Shown here: piece after piece, positions 45,117-55,253 of the stretch
Layout: every line of letters begins with the position of its first letter
How positions within the stretch are numbered: the first letter of the stretch is position 1
The notes under the pieces: model-generated
The model's database searches: none
What the model saw: the letters and a program-made list of their open reading frames with translations, nothing else
Told to the model about the DNA's origin: nothing
Position numbers and translations under genes: made by a program
From: Halorarum halobium
GTDB taxonomy: Archaea; Halobacteriota; Halobacteria; Halobacteriales; Haloferacaceae
DNA length: 64,000 nucleotides
NCBI RefSeq assembly: GCF_032116555.1
Contig: NZ_CP134949.1
Location: 1,736,001 to 1,800,000, forward strand
Direction of reading: 5' to 3'

Positions 45117-46840
45117 CAGGACTCACCCCCCTGGGTCAGCACCGGCTCGGGCGCGACCGCGTCGACGTAGCCCGCGGTGTCCGTCGCGGCCTCGGCCGCG
45201 CGGGTCGCGGCCTCGACGACGAACTCCACGCCGACGCCGAAGCCGACCAGACACAGCGCCAGCGCGACGACGGCCGTCAGTTGCACGGCCAGCGATCCGA
45301 CGATCACGTCCGTCGCACCCTCGCCCTGAGCGGCGCCGTCGGGGGCGCCGCCGTCCGCGGCCACTCCCGAGGACCGCTTGCTCCAGCGACTCGGCAGCGC
45401 CGCGAGCACCGTCTCGGTCGGCTCGCCCCAGAACACCTGGTTCCAGAGCCGCGTGACGTACGCGATTGTCAGCACCGCCCCGCCCAGCGCCGCGGCCAGC
45501 GCGAGCCCGCCCGCGAGGGGGGCTACCGCGAGGGCTTCGACGCCCGCACGGAACACGAGGAGCTTGCCGAAGAAGCCGACCAGCGGCGGGACGCCGACGA
45601 GCGAGAGCCCGCCGAGCAGGAACGCGCCTGCGAGCAGCGGCGCGCGCGAGGCCAGCCCGCCGAGCCGGTCGAAGTCGGTCGTGCCGACCGCGGAGTAGAC
45701 GGTGCCCGACGCGAGGAACAGGAGCCCCTTGGCGAGCCCGTGGTTGAGCGCGTACACGAGCGCCGCCGCGACGCCGAGCGTCGCCAGCGTTCCCCCGGCG
45801 CCGGGGCCGCCGAAGTCGACCGCGAGCGCGGGCGCGGCCATCGCCACGGCGAGCGGGAGCACGATGAACCCGACCTGCGCGATCGAGGAGAACGCCAGCA
45901 TGCCGTCGACGTCCTCGCGCCCGACCGCGGCAGCGCCGCCGTAGAGGATCGAGAGCACCGCACCCACGAACAGCGCCGGGCCGACGTAGGCGAACGTGCC
46001 GGTGTTCGCGTACGCGGCGCCGGCGAAGACGGTGAAGAACAGCCGAATGATCGCGTAGACCCCGACCTTCTTCACCACGCCCGCGAGCACGGCCGTCACC
46101 GGCGCGGGCGCGGCACGGTACGCCGACGGCACCCAGAAGTGGAACGGGACGAGTCCGGCCTTCAACGCGAACACCGAGAGCAGCAGCGAGGCCAGCCCCA
46201 GCGTGGGCGCGAGTTCGACGCCGTAGGCCGCCGGGTTCGCGAGCCTGCGGGCCATGTCCGCCATGTTGAGCGTGCCGACCGTGGCGTACAGCCCGCCGAT
46301 GGCGACGAGCATCAGCGCGCTCGCCAGCAGGTTGAGGACGACGTATCCCAGCGCCGCGCGGGTGTGTTCGCGGCCCGAGTAGAACAGCACGAGGATGTAG
46401 CTCGCCATGAGCATCACCTCGAACCAGACGAAGAGATTGAACACGTCGGCCGTGAGGAACGCCCCCGTCACGCCGGCGAGCATGAAGTGGAACAGCGGCG
46501 TGAACGAGAGCCGCCGTGCGAACTCGTCGACGTAGACGGAGGCGAACGCGAGCGCGGGCAGGAAGACGACGGCCGCGAGCCCGAGCATGAACGCCGACAG
46601 CGAGTCCGCGACGAGCGTGATGCCGAACGGCGCGGGCCAGTTCGACACGTAGTACGGGACGACGCGGGGGCCGCCCGTCGCGAACACGACCGAATCGAAC
46701 AGCGCCGCCACGGCACCGAGGTAGGCGACGCCGCCGAGCAGGCTGATCGCCCGCCGGAGGCGTCCGTCGAACCGGACGAGCAGCGTGAGGATGCCGGTCC
46801 CGAGCGCGACGAGCAACGGCGCGACGACGAGCGCCGACAT
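45116..46840 (-). CDS. mnhD: Mrp/Mnh antiporter subunit D
   Basis: DVFNLFVWFEVML, KAGLVPFHFW, GVPPLVGFFGK. Confidence 0.93.
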   Translation of the reverse strand: MSALVVAPLLVALGTGILTLLVRFDGRLRRAISLLGGVAYLGAVAALFDSVVFATGGPRVVPYYVSNWPAPFGITLVADSLSAFMLGLAAVVFLPALAFASVYVDEFARRLSFTPLFHFMLAGVTGAFLTADVFNLFVWFEVMLMASYILVLFYSGREHTRAALGYVVLNLLASALMLVAIGGLYATVGTLNMADMARRLANPAAYGVELAPTLGLASLLLSVFALKAGLVPFHFWVPSAYRAAPAPVTAVLAGVVKKVGVYAIIRLFFTVFAGAAYANTGTFAYVGPALFVGAVLSILYGGAAAVGREDVDGMLAFSSIAQVGFIVLPLAVAMAAPALAVDFGGPGAGGTLATLGVAAALVYALNHGLAKGLLFLASGTVYSAVGTTDFDRLGGLASRAPLLAGAFLLGGLSLVGVPPLVGFFGKLLVFRAGVEALAVAPLAGGLALAAALGGAVLTIAYVTRLWNQVFWGEPTETVLAALPSRWSKRSSGVAADGGAPDGAAQGEGATDVIVGSLAVQLTAVVALALCLVGFGVGVEFVVEAATRAAEAATDTAGYVDAVAPEPVLTQGGES

Positions 46841-47325
46841 CAGTCGTCACCCCCGTCGTCGAACCCGAAATCGTCGGCGGGACCACCATCGGCGGCGGCC
46901 CCGACCTCGCCCTCGATACCACCGTCCGTCGCGGCGGCCGCTGCGCCGCTCGCCGCGGCCCCGTCGTCGCCGGCCGCCGGTCGGGGGCCGTTCCGCCCGA
47001 GTTCGTACACGTCGATGGTGCCGTGCTCCTCGTACACCCGATAGGTGAGCACGAGCGCGAGCGCGGTCGTCCCGAACCCGATGACGATGGCGGTCAACAC
47101 GAGCGCCTGCACGAGCGGGTCGGTCGGAAGCGCGGCGTCCTCGGCGACGAAGTTTCCGATGGGCGCGCCGCCCGCGAACCCGCCCATCGTGACGAGGTAG
47201 ACGTTCGCGGCCTGTGCGATGATGGTGACGCCCCAGACGACCCGGACCACGTCGCGGCGGAGCACGAGGAACGTCCCGAGCGCGAACAGGGTTCCCAGCA
47301 CGCCCGCGAGGATCCACTGGGTCAT
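46840..47325 (-). CDS. mnhC: Mrp/Mnh antiporter subunit C
   Basis: DPLVQALVLTAIVIG; ATG at 47325. Confidence 0.92.
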   Translation of the reverse strand: MTQWILAGVLGTLFALGTFLVLRRDVVRVVWGVTIIAQAANVYLVTMGGFAGGAPIGNFVAEDAALPTDPLVQALVLTAIVIGFGTTALALVLTYRVYEEHGTIDVYELGRNGPRPAAGDDGAAASGAAAAATDGGIEGEVGAAADGGPADDFGFDDGGDD

Positions 47326-47894
47326 TCGCTCCCCGCCTCCCCGAGGACCGTGAGCAGGCCCCCCACGACCGTGAGGTAGACGCCGACGTCGAACGCGAGC
47401 GCCGACGCCACCTCGAGTTCGTGATACAGCGGGACCCCCTCCAGGAACAGGACGGCCTGGGTGAGAAACGGCAGGCCGAACAGCATCGGGACCAGCCCGC
47501 TGAGGAACGCGACCGCGAGTCCCCCAGTGAACAACAGCCGGTACAGGCCGATGGTTCGATCGGTCGCTTCGCCGCCCGAGCCCATCTCGAGCAGTTCCGA
47601 CTGGAGGAACTCCATCCCGAACACGACGTAGACGAGCACGAACGCCGTCGTCGTGAGGACGCCGCCGATGAAGCCGCCGCCCGGCTGGTTGTGCCCCTGG
47701 AGCATGAACGCGAGCGCCGTGACGAGGATGATCGGGACGGTCACGCGAACGACGGTTCGCGCGATGACGGTCGTCCGATGTTCGTGCTCGATGCCGGGCG
47801 CGGCCGACCCGGCAGGTCGGGTGTCGGCGGCGTCCGCGCCGTCGGCGCCCTCGCCGGTGGAGAGGTCCGGTTCGGGGCCCGAAGCGTTCGTCAC
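47322..47894 (-). CDS. mnhB: Mrp/Mnh antiporter subunit B
   Basis: GHNQPGGGFIGG, FDVGVYL. Confidence 0.92.
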   Translation of the reverse strand: MTNASGPEPDLSTGEGADGADAADTRPAGSAAPGIEHEHRTTVIARTVVRVTVPIILVTALAFMLQGHNQPGGGFIGGVLTTTAFVLVYVVFGMEFLQSELLEMGSGGEATDRTIGLYRLLFTGGLAVAFLSGLVPMLFGLPFLTQAVLFLEGVPLYHELEVASALAFDVGVYLTVVGGLLTVLGEAGSE

Positions 47895-50275
47895 TGTGCC
47901 TCACCCCGTCCACGCATCCGAACGAGCGTCAACACCGAGAGCGCCGCCATGGCGACCACGGTAATCTCCCCGAGCGTGTCGATCGCGCGGAAGTCCACGA
48001 GCACGACGTTGACGACGTTGTAGCCGCCACCGTAGTCCGTGAACAGCGGCGGGTGCTCGGCCGGGACGCCTGCCAGCCGCGAGAGGTTCCCGCCGATGGC
48101 GTCCGGGCTGCCGGCGGTCGCGAACACGACCGTGAGAAACACCGTCGCGCCGACCAGCACCGAGAGCGCCCCGTCACGCACCGCGACCGAGAACCGGGGG
48201 CTGCCGTAGTAGGCGGGGAGCCTGTCGAGCACGAGCAGGAACAGCACCAGCACGAGCGTCTCGACGACGAGCTGGGTGAGCGCGAGGTCCGGCGCGTCCG
48301 CGAGGATGTAGAAGATGGCGACCATGAACCCCAGGATCGAGAGCGTGAGCACGCCGGCGACGTGTGACGGCGCGCCACCGACCGCCGCGGCGCCGACGAG
48401 CGCGACGAGGAGCACGAGCACCATCGCCGCGGTCATGCCGTCCGCGAGTTCGACCGCCGGGAAGCCGACGCCGGTCGCCAGGTACGCGCCGACGACGAGC
48501 ACCGACGTCGCCGCGAACACCCACGTCGCGTACGTCCGCAGCAGGCCGGTCTGGACCCGGGAGACGAGGGTCTTCGAGCCGGCCGTCAGCCCGTCGACGC
48601 TGCCGTCGTACCACCAGTTCGCGCGGACCGGACCGTGAAGCAGGCCCCGGATTCCGTCGTGGAGACGGTCGTAGCGCGGCCACAGGAGCGCGCCGACGCC
48701 GATGGTGATCGCGCTCATCCACACCGGCGGGGTGAGGTGGGTCGGCAGGCCGACCGAGAACGAGTGCGCGTCGCCGGGCACCGTGCTCGCGTACACTTCC
48801 CCGACGAGCGTGTCGATCGCGAGCTGGGGGTCGACGCTGATGACCGCGACGAGCGCGCCGAGGATCACCGGCGGAACCAGCATCGGCAGGGGCGGCCGGT
48901 GGACGTCCCCGAGGTCGCCGTTCGGGTCGCCGAGGAACAGCGAGAGGAACTTCAGCGAGTAGAGGAACGTGAACACCGAGCCGAACACGGCGACGACCGG
49001 GAACAGCCAGGTCAGCCCGCCCGCGTCCTCGGCCAGCACGAACGTCGCCTCGAACAGGAGTTCCTTCGAGTAGAAGCCGTTGAACGGCGGGATGCCGGCC
49101 ATCGACAGCGACGCCAGTCCGGCAACCAGCGCCGTCACCGGGAGGTCGTGTCGGAGCCCGCGGAGCTTCGATATCTTCCGCGTCCCCGCCTCGTGGGCGA
49201 CGATTCCGGCGACGAGGAACAGCGCCGCCTTGAACGACGCGTGGTTGAGGATGTGGAACGCGCCCGTCTCGGCGCCGTAGGCGTTGGCCGCCCCGAACCC
49301 GGCGACGATGAGGCCGAGGTGGGAGGCCGTCGAGTAGGCGAGCAGCTCCTTGATGTCGGTCGCCGCGACGGCGAGGATCGCCGTGACGGTCATCGTGAGC
49401 AGGCCGAGCGTCACGAACAGGAGCGACCACTCGGGGAGGGACGTCGCCTCCGGGACCGCATCCAGGAAGAACGGCCGGAAGCGACCGACGAGATAGACGC
49501 CCGCCTTCACCATCGTCGCGGAGTGGAGGAACGCCGAGACCGGCGTGGGCGCCTCCATCGCGTTCGGCAGCCAGACGTGGAACGGGACCTGTGCGGACTT
49601 GGTCGCCGCACCGATAGCCAGCAGCAGCAGGCTGGGCAGGAACAGCCCGGCGCTCCGGAGCGTCGCCACGGTCTCGCCGGCGTTCGCCGTGAGCGACCCG
49701 GGCCCGACGATGAGGGTCGTGTCACCCGCCCACGCGAACACCAGGAAGCCGGCGAGCATGAACAGTCCGCCGGCCACGGTGATGAGCATGGACTTGCGTG
49801 CCGCGTACTGGGAGGACTTCTCGCCGGTGTAGTGGCCGATGAGGATGAACGACGAGAGGCTCGTCAGCTCCCAGAACGTGAACAGCGCGAACAGGTCCGC
49901 CGCGAGCGCGACGCCGAGCATCGAGCCCATGAACGCGAGCAGCGTCGCGTAGTACTTCGCCTGTCCCGGTTCGCCGTGCATGTACCCGCCCGAGTAGGTG
50001 AGGGTCAGCACGCCGACACCTGACGCGAGCAGGGAGATGAGCAGCGAGAGCCCGTCGACGTAGAACGCGAGCGAGATGCCCAGCGACGGGACCCACTCCG
50101 TCCCCACGAGGCCGTGTGTGCCTGTCACCGTGAGTCGGGCGACCAGCGCGAAACAGACCGCCGCGACCCCGGCCGCGTAGTAGGCGGTACGCTCGCCCGC
50201 CACCCGATGGACGAGCGGCGTGAGCGCCGCCCCCGCGAACGGGAGAAACACGACGGCGAGAACGATATCGAGCAC
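47891..50275 (-). CDS. mnhA: Mrp/Mnh antiporter subunit A
   Basis: KSAQVPFHVWLPNAMEAPTPVSAFLHSATMVKAG, APDLALTQ, DFRAIDTLGE; GTG start chosen. Confidence 0.93.
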   Translation of the reverse strand: MLDIVLAVVFLPFAGAALTPLVHRVAGERTAYYAAGVAAVCFALVARLTVTGTHGLVGTEWVPSLGISLAFYVDGLSLLISLLASGVGVLTLTYSGGYMHGEPGQAKYYATLLAFMGSMLGVALAADLFALFTFWELTSLSSFILIGHYTGEKSSQYAARKSMLITVAGGLFMLAGFLVFAWAGDTTLIVGPGSLTANAGETVATLRSAGLFLPSLLLLAIGAATKSAQVPFHVWLPNAMEAPTPVSAFLHSATMVKAGVYLVGRFRPFFLDAVPEATSLPEWSLLFVTLGLLTMTVTAILAVAATDIKELLAYSTASHLGLIVAGFGAANAYGAETGAFHILNHASFKAALFLVAGIVAHEAGTRKISKLRGLRHDLPVTALVAGLASLSMAGIPPFNGFYSKELLFEATFVLAEDAGGLTWLFPVVAVFGSVFTFLYSLKFLSLFLGDPNGDLGDVHRPPLPMLVPPVILGALVAVISVDPQLAIDTLVGEVYASTVPGDAHSFSVGLPTHLTPPVWMSAITIGVGALLWPRYDRLHDGIRGLLHGPVRANWWYDGSVDGLTAGSKTLVSRVQTGLLRTYATWVFAATSVLVVGAYLATGVGFPAVELADGMTAAMVLVLLVALVGAAAVGGAPSHVAGVLTLSILGFMVAIFYILADAPDLALTQLVVETLVLVLFLLVLDRLPAYYGSPRFSVAVRDGALSVLVGATVFLTVVFATAGSPDAIGGNLSRLAGVPAEHPPLFTDYGGGYNVVNVVLVDFRAIDTLGEITVVAMAALSVLTLVRMRGRGEAQ

Positions 50276-50529
50276 ACGCGTGGGGTGGGGTGAAGCCGAC
50301 TTAGGTGTTATCAAACCGCTGGCAGCGTCGCCCGCGAGTTCCGGCGACGGTTCGCTCGGCCGTCCGAGCACGAACCCGACGAAGCGTCACCAGCGACGCC
50401 GAATCACGACGGCGAGGAATCGCGAACTCATCGCTGAACCACGATCGCCCCTGAATCTCAGTTCAGTGCCGTCGATTACTGAAATCGGCTTCCGGGAACG
50501 CCTTTTGGCCGTCCCCGAGAGCCGACGGT

Positions 50530-51807
50530 ATGGTCTCGCTCGTCCGCCGGTACTACCTCTACCGTGCGACCCTCTCGAACGGCTTCTACATTCCCGTCTC
50601 CGTCATCTACATGGAGGCACAGGGACTCGGCCTCGCGGACATCGGCCTCGTACAGGGGGCGTTCCTGTTCGGGATGGTCACCTTCGAACTTCCCACCGGC
50701 TATCTGGGTGACCGGCTCGGACGTCGAACCGCGCTCGCCCTGGGAAACTGCATCCTCGTCGCGGTGATGGTCGGGTTCACCGTCGCCGACTCGACCGCCG
50801 GCTTCGCGGCCGTCTACGTCCTCTGGTCTGCGGGCTGGACGTTCCGAACCGGCACCGCCGACGCATGGCTCTACGAACTGCTCGCCGGACGCGACGCGGA
50901 GGACGAGTACGCCAGGATCGGCGGTCGGGCCGAGTCGACGCTGCTGCTCGTCTCCGGGGCCACGGCGCTCGTCGCGGGGCTGCTCTACACCGTCGACCCC
51001 GCCGTTCCGTTCCTCGCCAACGCCGGGCTGGCCGCGCTCGGGCTCCCGCTGTTGTTCACGCTGCCGAAAACGAAGCACGTCGAAGGTGGCAGTGATCGCG
51101 GTGCAGCCGATGACGGTGCGGCTCCCGACGACGTGAACGGCGACAGTGCGGGCAAGAAAGCCGACCGCGCGGAAGCGACCGGAGCCGAGCCGGCGATGGG
51201 CGTCCGTGAGGCAGCACGGGTGCTGTGGACGCAGCTCTCGCGCCCGGCGCTCCGCTGGATCGTCGTCTACGCGGCGCTGTTCAACCTCGCCTTCTCGGTG
51301 ACGCGGGTGTTCGAACAGCCCGCGATGCGGGCGGTGGGCGTACCGATCGCCGGGCTCGGCGTCCTCTATGCCGGGTTCAAACTCGTGTCGGCGGTCGCGG
51401 CGAGCGCGACCGGTGCCATCCAGGACCGGCTCGGAACCGGGGGCGTCCTCCTGCTCCTCGTTCCCGTCGTCGGCGTCGCGTACGCCAGCTTCGCGGTGGT
51501 TCCGATCCTGCTGCTGCCGGCGCTGTTCTGTCGGCGCGCGCTACAGCAGATCACCCGACCCGTCCGTAACGAGTACGTCAACGACCGATTGGAGGACGTC
51601 GGCCGCGCGACGGTGCTCTCGGGGGTGTCGATGGCGCTCACGCTCGCGTCCGGCACCGCGAACGTCCTCGGCGGCCGGGTCGCGGCGGCGGTCGGTCCGC
51701 TGGCGTTCCTCTCGGTGACCGGCGTCACGGTGGCTCTCCTCGGGGGGTTGCTCTGGGTCGCCGCACGGCCCGTTCGGGACGCCACGGCCCGCGCCGCACC
51801 GTCGTGA
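50530..51807 (+). CDS. MFS transporter
   Basis: ELPTGYLGDRLGRR motif A; about 12 TM segments; RATVLS. Confidence 0.88.
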   Translation: MVSLVRRYYLYRATLSNGFYIPVSVIYMEAQGLGLADIGLVQGAFLFGMVTFELPTGYLGDRLGRRTALALGNCILVAVMVGFTVADSTAGFAAVYVLWSAGWTFRTGTADAWLYELLAGRDAEDEYARIGGRAESTLLLVSGATALVAGLLYTVDPAVPFLANAGLAALGLPLLFTLPKTKHVEGGSDRGAADDGAAPDDVNGDSAGKKADRAEATGAEPAMGVREAARVLWTQLSRPALRWIVVYAALFNLAFSVTRVFEQPAMRAVGVPIAGLGVLYAGFKLVSAVAASATGAIQDRLGTGGVLLLLVPVVGVAYASFAVVPILLLPALFCRRALQQITRPVRNEYVNDRLEDVGRATVLSGVSMALTLASGTANVLGGRVAAAVGPLAFLSVTGVTVALLGGLLWVAARPVRDATARAAPS

Positions 51808-51926
51808 CGCGGCCGGCCGTCCCCCGCCGTTCCACCGTCGCCTGCCCACTAGGTCCCGTTCGACTCCCGTCGACCGCGACGCGCGGAATCCGCAGTCTTT
51901 TACAGCGCCCCTGAAGTACCGGCGAC

Positions 51927-52493
51927 ATGGACCAACTGCGGCAGTCCTTGCTCGACGCGCCCATCATCGAGAAGGGCGACTACCAGTACTTCGTCCACCC
52001 GATCAGCGACGGCGTCCCGATGCTGGAGCCGGAGCTGTTGCGCGAGATCGTCATCCGCATCATCCGCAAGGCGGAGATCGAGGACGTGGACAAGATCGTG
52101 ACGCCCGCGGCGATGGGCATCCACATCTCGACGGCGCTGTCGCTGATGACGGACATCCCGCTCGTCGTCATTCGGAAGCGCGAGTACGGCCTCGACGGCG
52201 AGGTGTCGCTCTCCCAGGAGACGGGCTACTCGGAGTCGGAGATGTACATCAACGACGTGTACGAGGGCGACAAGGTGCTCGTGCTCGACGACGTGCTCTC
52301 GACCGGCGGCACGATGAAGGGGATCCTCGACGCGCTCGTCCACATCGACGCGAACATCGTCGACGTCGTCGCCGTCATCAAGAAGGCCGGCTCGAACAAG
52401 CTCGACGACACCGACTACGACGTGAAGACCCTGGTCAACGTCTCCGTGGAGGACGGCGAGGTCGTCATCGTCGACGAGTTCGGCGACAGCTGA
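51927..52493 (+). CDS. hpt: Archaeal hypoxanthine/guanine (purine) phosphoribosyltransferase
   Basis: [15 protein letters not shown]-binding motif [13 protein letters not shown]. Confidence 0.88.
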   Translation: MDQLRQSLLDAPIIEKGDYQYFVHPISDGVPMLEPELLREIVIRIIRKAEIEDVDKIVTPAAMGIHISTALSLMTDIPLVVIRKREYGLDGEVSLSQETGYSESEMYINDVYEGDKVLVLDDVLSTGGTMKGILDALVHIDANIVDVVAVIKKAGSNKLDDTDYDVKTLVNVSVEDGEVVIVDEFGDS

Positions 52494-52604
52494 GGCACCG
52501 ACCGGCTCGCGCGACCGGGTCGACTCGTTGACTGCTCCCGACACGCCGGGGCCGACCGGGACGGTGACGAGGGACTTTTCACGTCGCCGGCCGGAGGTTC
52601 GGCA

Positions 52605-53036
52605 ATGCCTTCGACGCGGTTCTACGGAACGGTCAGCACGGCGCTGCTCGTCGTCGGCGCGCTCGCCGTCGGCCAGGCGCTCCATCTGACCGTCGTGACC
52701 GGAGAGGTGTCCTACACCTCTCCCGCGTTCGTGATCTTGAGCCTCCTCGGGCTCGTGCTCATCGTGCTCGGCTACCGCGCACGTCGCCCGGTCGCCGAGG
52801 CGTGGGACCTCACGAGCGACGAGGGGGACGGCGGCACCGACGGCTCCGGCGGCGGCTCGTCGGGAGAGTCGTCGACCGCCTCCGTGACGGACGAGGCCGA
52901 GTTCGACCCCAGCATGAGCCCGCTGGGCGAGGCGGCTCCGGGCGATGCCGAACGGGACCGGGAGCGTGACGGGACCGGGGACGGATCCGGTTCGACCGCC
53001 GACCGGCGCGGGGATGGGCTGGAAGGCGACCGCTGA
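52605..53036 (+). CDS. Hypothetical two-TM protein with an acidic tail
   Basis: Two hydrophobic helices followed by an acidic low-complexity region. Confidence 0.65.
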   Translation: MPSTRFYGTVSTALLVVGALAVGQALHLTVVTGEVSYTSPAFVILSLLGLVLIVLGYRARRPVAEAWDLTSDEGDGGTDGSGGGSSGESSTASVTDEAEFDPSMSPLGEAAPGDAERDRERDGTGDGSGSTADRRGDGLEGDR

Positions 53037-53084
53037 ACGCGAACGGGAGATATATTACTCCGGCTGTCCGTGAATCCCACATAG

Positions 53085-53330
53085 ATGTCCGTGGAACAGC
53101 GTATCCCGCAGCGGTTCATCGGCCCTCTGGGGGTCCTCTCGCTCTTCGTGGGACTCGCCAGCATCGTGATGGGCTTCATCTTCAGTGTCATCGGGTTGAC
53201 CGTCTTCTTCGGCCTGAACGGCCTCCAGGGCGCGACCAGCACCGACGGCGTGATCGTCATGGTGACCGGGATCGCCCTCGTGGGCGTCTCGTATCTGGGG
53301 TACAAGGGCTTCATGCGGTTTGCAACCTGA
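53085..53330 (+). CDS. Hypothetical small two-TM protein
   Basis: 81 aa; two hydrophobic helices; tatatta TATA-like sequence upstream. Confidence 0.7.
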   Translation: MSVEQRIPQRFIGPLGVLSLFVGLASIVMGFIFSVIGLTVFFGLNGLQGATSTDGVIVMVTGIALVGVSYLGYKGFMRFAT

Positions 53331-53872
53331 TGCCGGTCGACATTCGAGACCACCCCGACGCGCCGTCCCTCGAGGAGCTCCACGAGTTCACGCTCGTCCC
53401 CGTGGCGCGCTCGGAGATCGAATCCCGCATCGAGGCCGGCGAGGAGCTCCGGGAGCTGAACCTGCGCGAGGAGCGCAACGACGTGTTCGTCCAGTTGACG
53501 CCCGACCCCGAGGAGGGGGGCGGCGACGTCGACATCGGCATGGTGCTCTACCGGCTGGTTCAGCTGTTCGGGACGCCCGAGATGCCCGGCTACGAGGCCG
53601 GGACCGACATCAGCGATCGCGAGGACACGACGTTCAAGTACCTGTTCCGACTCGTCCGCGAGGGGGAACTCGAGGACGGCACGCTGCCCGAGGAGTGGCT
53701 CATCACGGTGTTCGACACCCACGTCGACTTCGGCGTCGGTCTCGCCGGCTGGAGCGGCGACGGCGTCGACCCGAGCGAGTACGACGACGACGTCGTGCTC
53801 GTCTCGCTGGCGCTGGCAACCAACGTGGTCACCGAACCGGTCACCTGCGAGTACAAGGACAAGTGGTACTGA
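53330..53872 (+). CDS. Hypothetical acidic soluble protein
   Basis: 180 aa with haloarchaeal composition; TGATG overlap with the previous gene. Confidence 0.75.
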   Translation: MPVDIRDHPDAPSLEELHEFTLVPVARSEIESRIEAGEELRELNLREERNDVFVQLTPDPEEGGGDVDIGMVLYRLVQLFGTPEMPGYEAGTDISDREDTTFKYLFRLVREGELEDGTLPEEWLITVFDTHVDFGVGLAGWSGDGVDPSEYDDDVVLVSLALATNVVTEPVTCEYKDKWY

Positions 53873-53959
53873 AGCGCGGCGAGGACTGAATCCGGCATAC
53901 GTCGAACGGACGGTTCCCACCTTCAGCGTCTCGAGGCGTTCCGCGTGAACCTCGGCCGG

Positions 53960-54220
53960 TCAGCGACCGGTGAGCACGTGCATCAGTGCGAACACGACCA
54001 CGAGCGACGCGACGAGCAGCCCCGCGAACGCCGGAACGACGGTGGACTCGGGATACAGTCCCTGCCAGTAGCCGACGTACGCGAGCACGATGAACGTCGG
54101 CACCGAGAGAAGGAAGTAGAGCGAGGAGGCGTACGAGGCGAGCGTCGGGTCGTCGCCGTGTTTCGCGTACGTCCCCCGCTCGCGGACCGAGCCCTCCTCG
54201 GTCGGGAGATCCTTGGCCAT
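53960..54220 (-). CDS. Hypothetical two-TM protein
   Basis: Starts MAKDLPTEEG; two hydrophobic helices. Confidence 0.6.
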   Translation of the reverse strand: MAKDLPTEEGSVRERGTYAKHGDDPTLASYASSLYFLLSVPTFIVLAYVGYWQGLYPESTVVPAFAGLLVASLVVVFALMHVLTGR

Positions 54221-54312
54221 ACCGTCACCTGACACCCCGAACCCAAAAGGGCTACCGTCCGACCCCACCGGGCGTCCAAGCGCCGGAACCGGAGGGCCGC
54301 CGTCGCCGGCGG

Positions 54313-54777
54313 TCAGGCCGTCATTCCGTGATAGATGACGCCCAGGATGTAGCCGAGAAACTGAAGCGGGAACTGCTCGCCGACGTACGCGAGCGACGCT
54401 TGCGCGATGGGCTGGACGAGCGCATACCCTCCGATGGTGTCGATGTCGAGGAGGTAGTAGGGCGCGATTTCGAAGCCGACCGAGAAGCCGAGCCCAGCGA
54501 GACAGGCGACGATGATCGCGGCCGCGCTGGTCCGCATCTGCTCGGCGAGGAGCTTGGTCACGAGCCCGGTGACGACGACGAGCACGAACCCCGGCGTCCG
54601 CGACACCCAGGCCGGCGCGAGCGCCATGTGGAGCGTCGCGTAGTGGGCCATCGCCCCGATCAGGCCGGTGAGGACGCCGACGTACGCGACGACGAGGACC
54701 CGTTCGCGCGTCGACCCGTACGAGGCTTCCGCTGGGTCCGCCAGCGCCGTTCGGAGCGCGGACGCGTCACTCGACAT
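54313..54777 (-). CDS. Hypothetical four-TM membrane protein at the end of the dpp operon
   Basis: Hydrophobic; overlaps the upstream gene. Confidence 0.7.
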   Translation of the reverse strand: MSSDASALRTALADPAEASYGSTRERVLVVAYVGVLTGLIGAMAHYATLHMALAPAWVSRTPGFVLVVVTGLVTKLLAEQMRTSAAAIIVACLAGLGFSVGFEIAPYYLLDIDTIGGYALVQPIAQASLAYVGEQFPLQFLGYILGVIYHGMTA

Positions 54778-55246
54778 CGACGGTGAACGGCTTTTCGATC
54801 ATTGTCAGTTCGAGCAGTCCCTGCGTGTTCGCCGTTCCGTCCTCCAGTGCGGCCCGGAGGCGGTCCGCGTCTCCGGGCCGAACGTCCGCCCGAACACGCA
54901 CGGAGACGGTCTCGCCGGCCGAAACCGTCACCCGGTCGATGCTCGCCGATCGGGGGACGCTCAGCCGGTCCTCCTGGTCGGGCGGTTTCGGCCCGTCGAA
55001 CACCAGCAGGCGGACGCCGTTCACCTGGACCCGCCTGTCGAGCGGGTTTTCGACCGAGAGCGAGCCACGTACAGCGGGGCCGTCCTCGCTCGAGTTCGAG
55101 ACGGTGAGGTCCGTCACGGTCGCGGAGACGGCGTCGCGCTCCTGCCACTCGAGTTGAGCGGCGAACGTGAGTCCGAACGCCGTGCCGGACGCGACCAACA
55201 GGCCCGCGAGTAGCAGCGGGAGGAGGGGCAGCGAGCGGGCGGACAC
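54767..55246 (-). CDS. Membrane-anchored beta-rich (LEA14/WHy-like) protein
   Basis: N-terminal TM helix then LSVENPLDRRVQVNGVRLLV; GTG start 7 nt after the dppF stop. Confidence 0.6.
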   Translation of the reverse strand: MSARSLPLLPLLLAGLLVASGTAFGLTFAAQLEWQERDAVSATVTDLTVSNSSEDGPAVRGSLSVENPLDRRVQVNGVRLLVFDGPKPPDQEDRLSVPRSASIDRVTVSAGETVSVRVRADVRPGDADRLRAALEDGTANTQGLLELTMIEKPFTVDVE

Positions 55247-55253
55247 GCCGCGA

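Noticed and set aside
43884..50275. Mrp/Mnh operon as a novelty
   Set aside because: Standard seven-subunit group 1 arrangement, well known in haloarchaea
50301..50314. ttaggtgttatcaa upstream of mnhA as another iron box
   Set aside because: The right arm matches poorly; better explained as the minus-strand TATA region of the mnh operon
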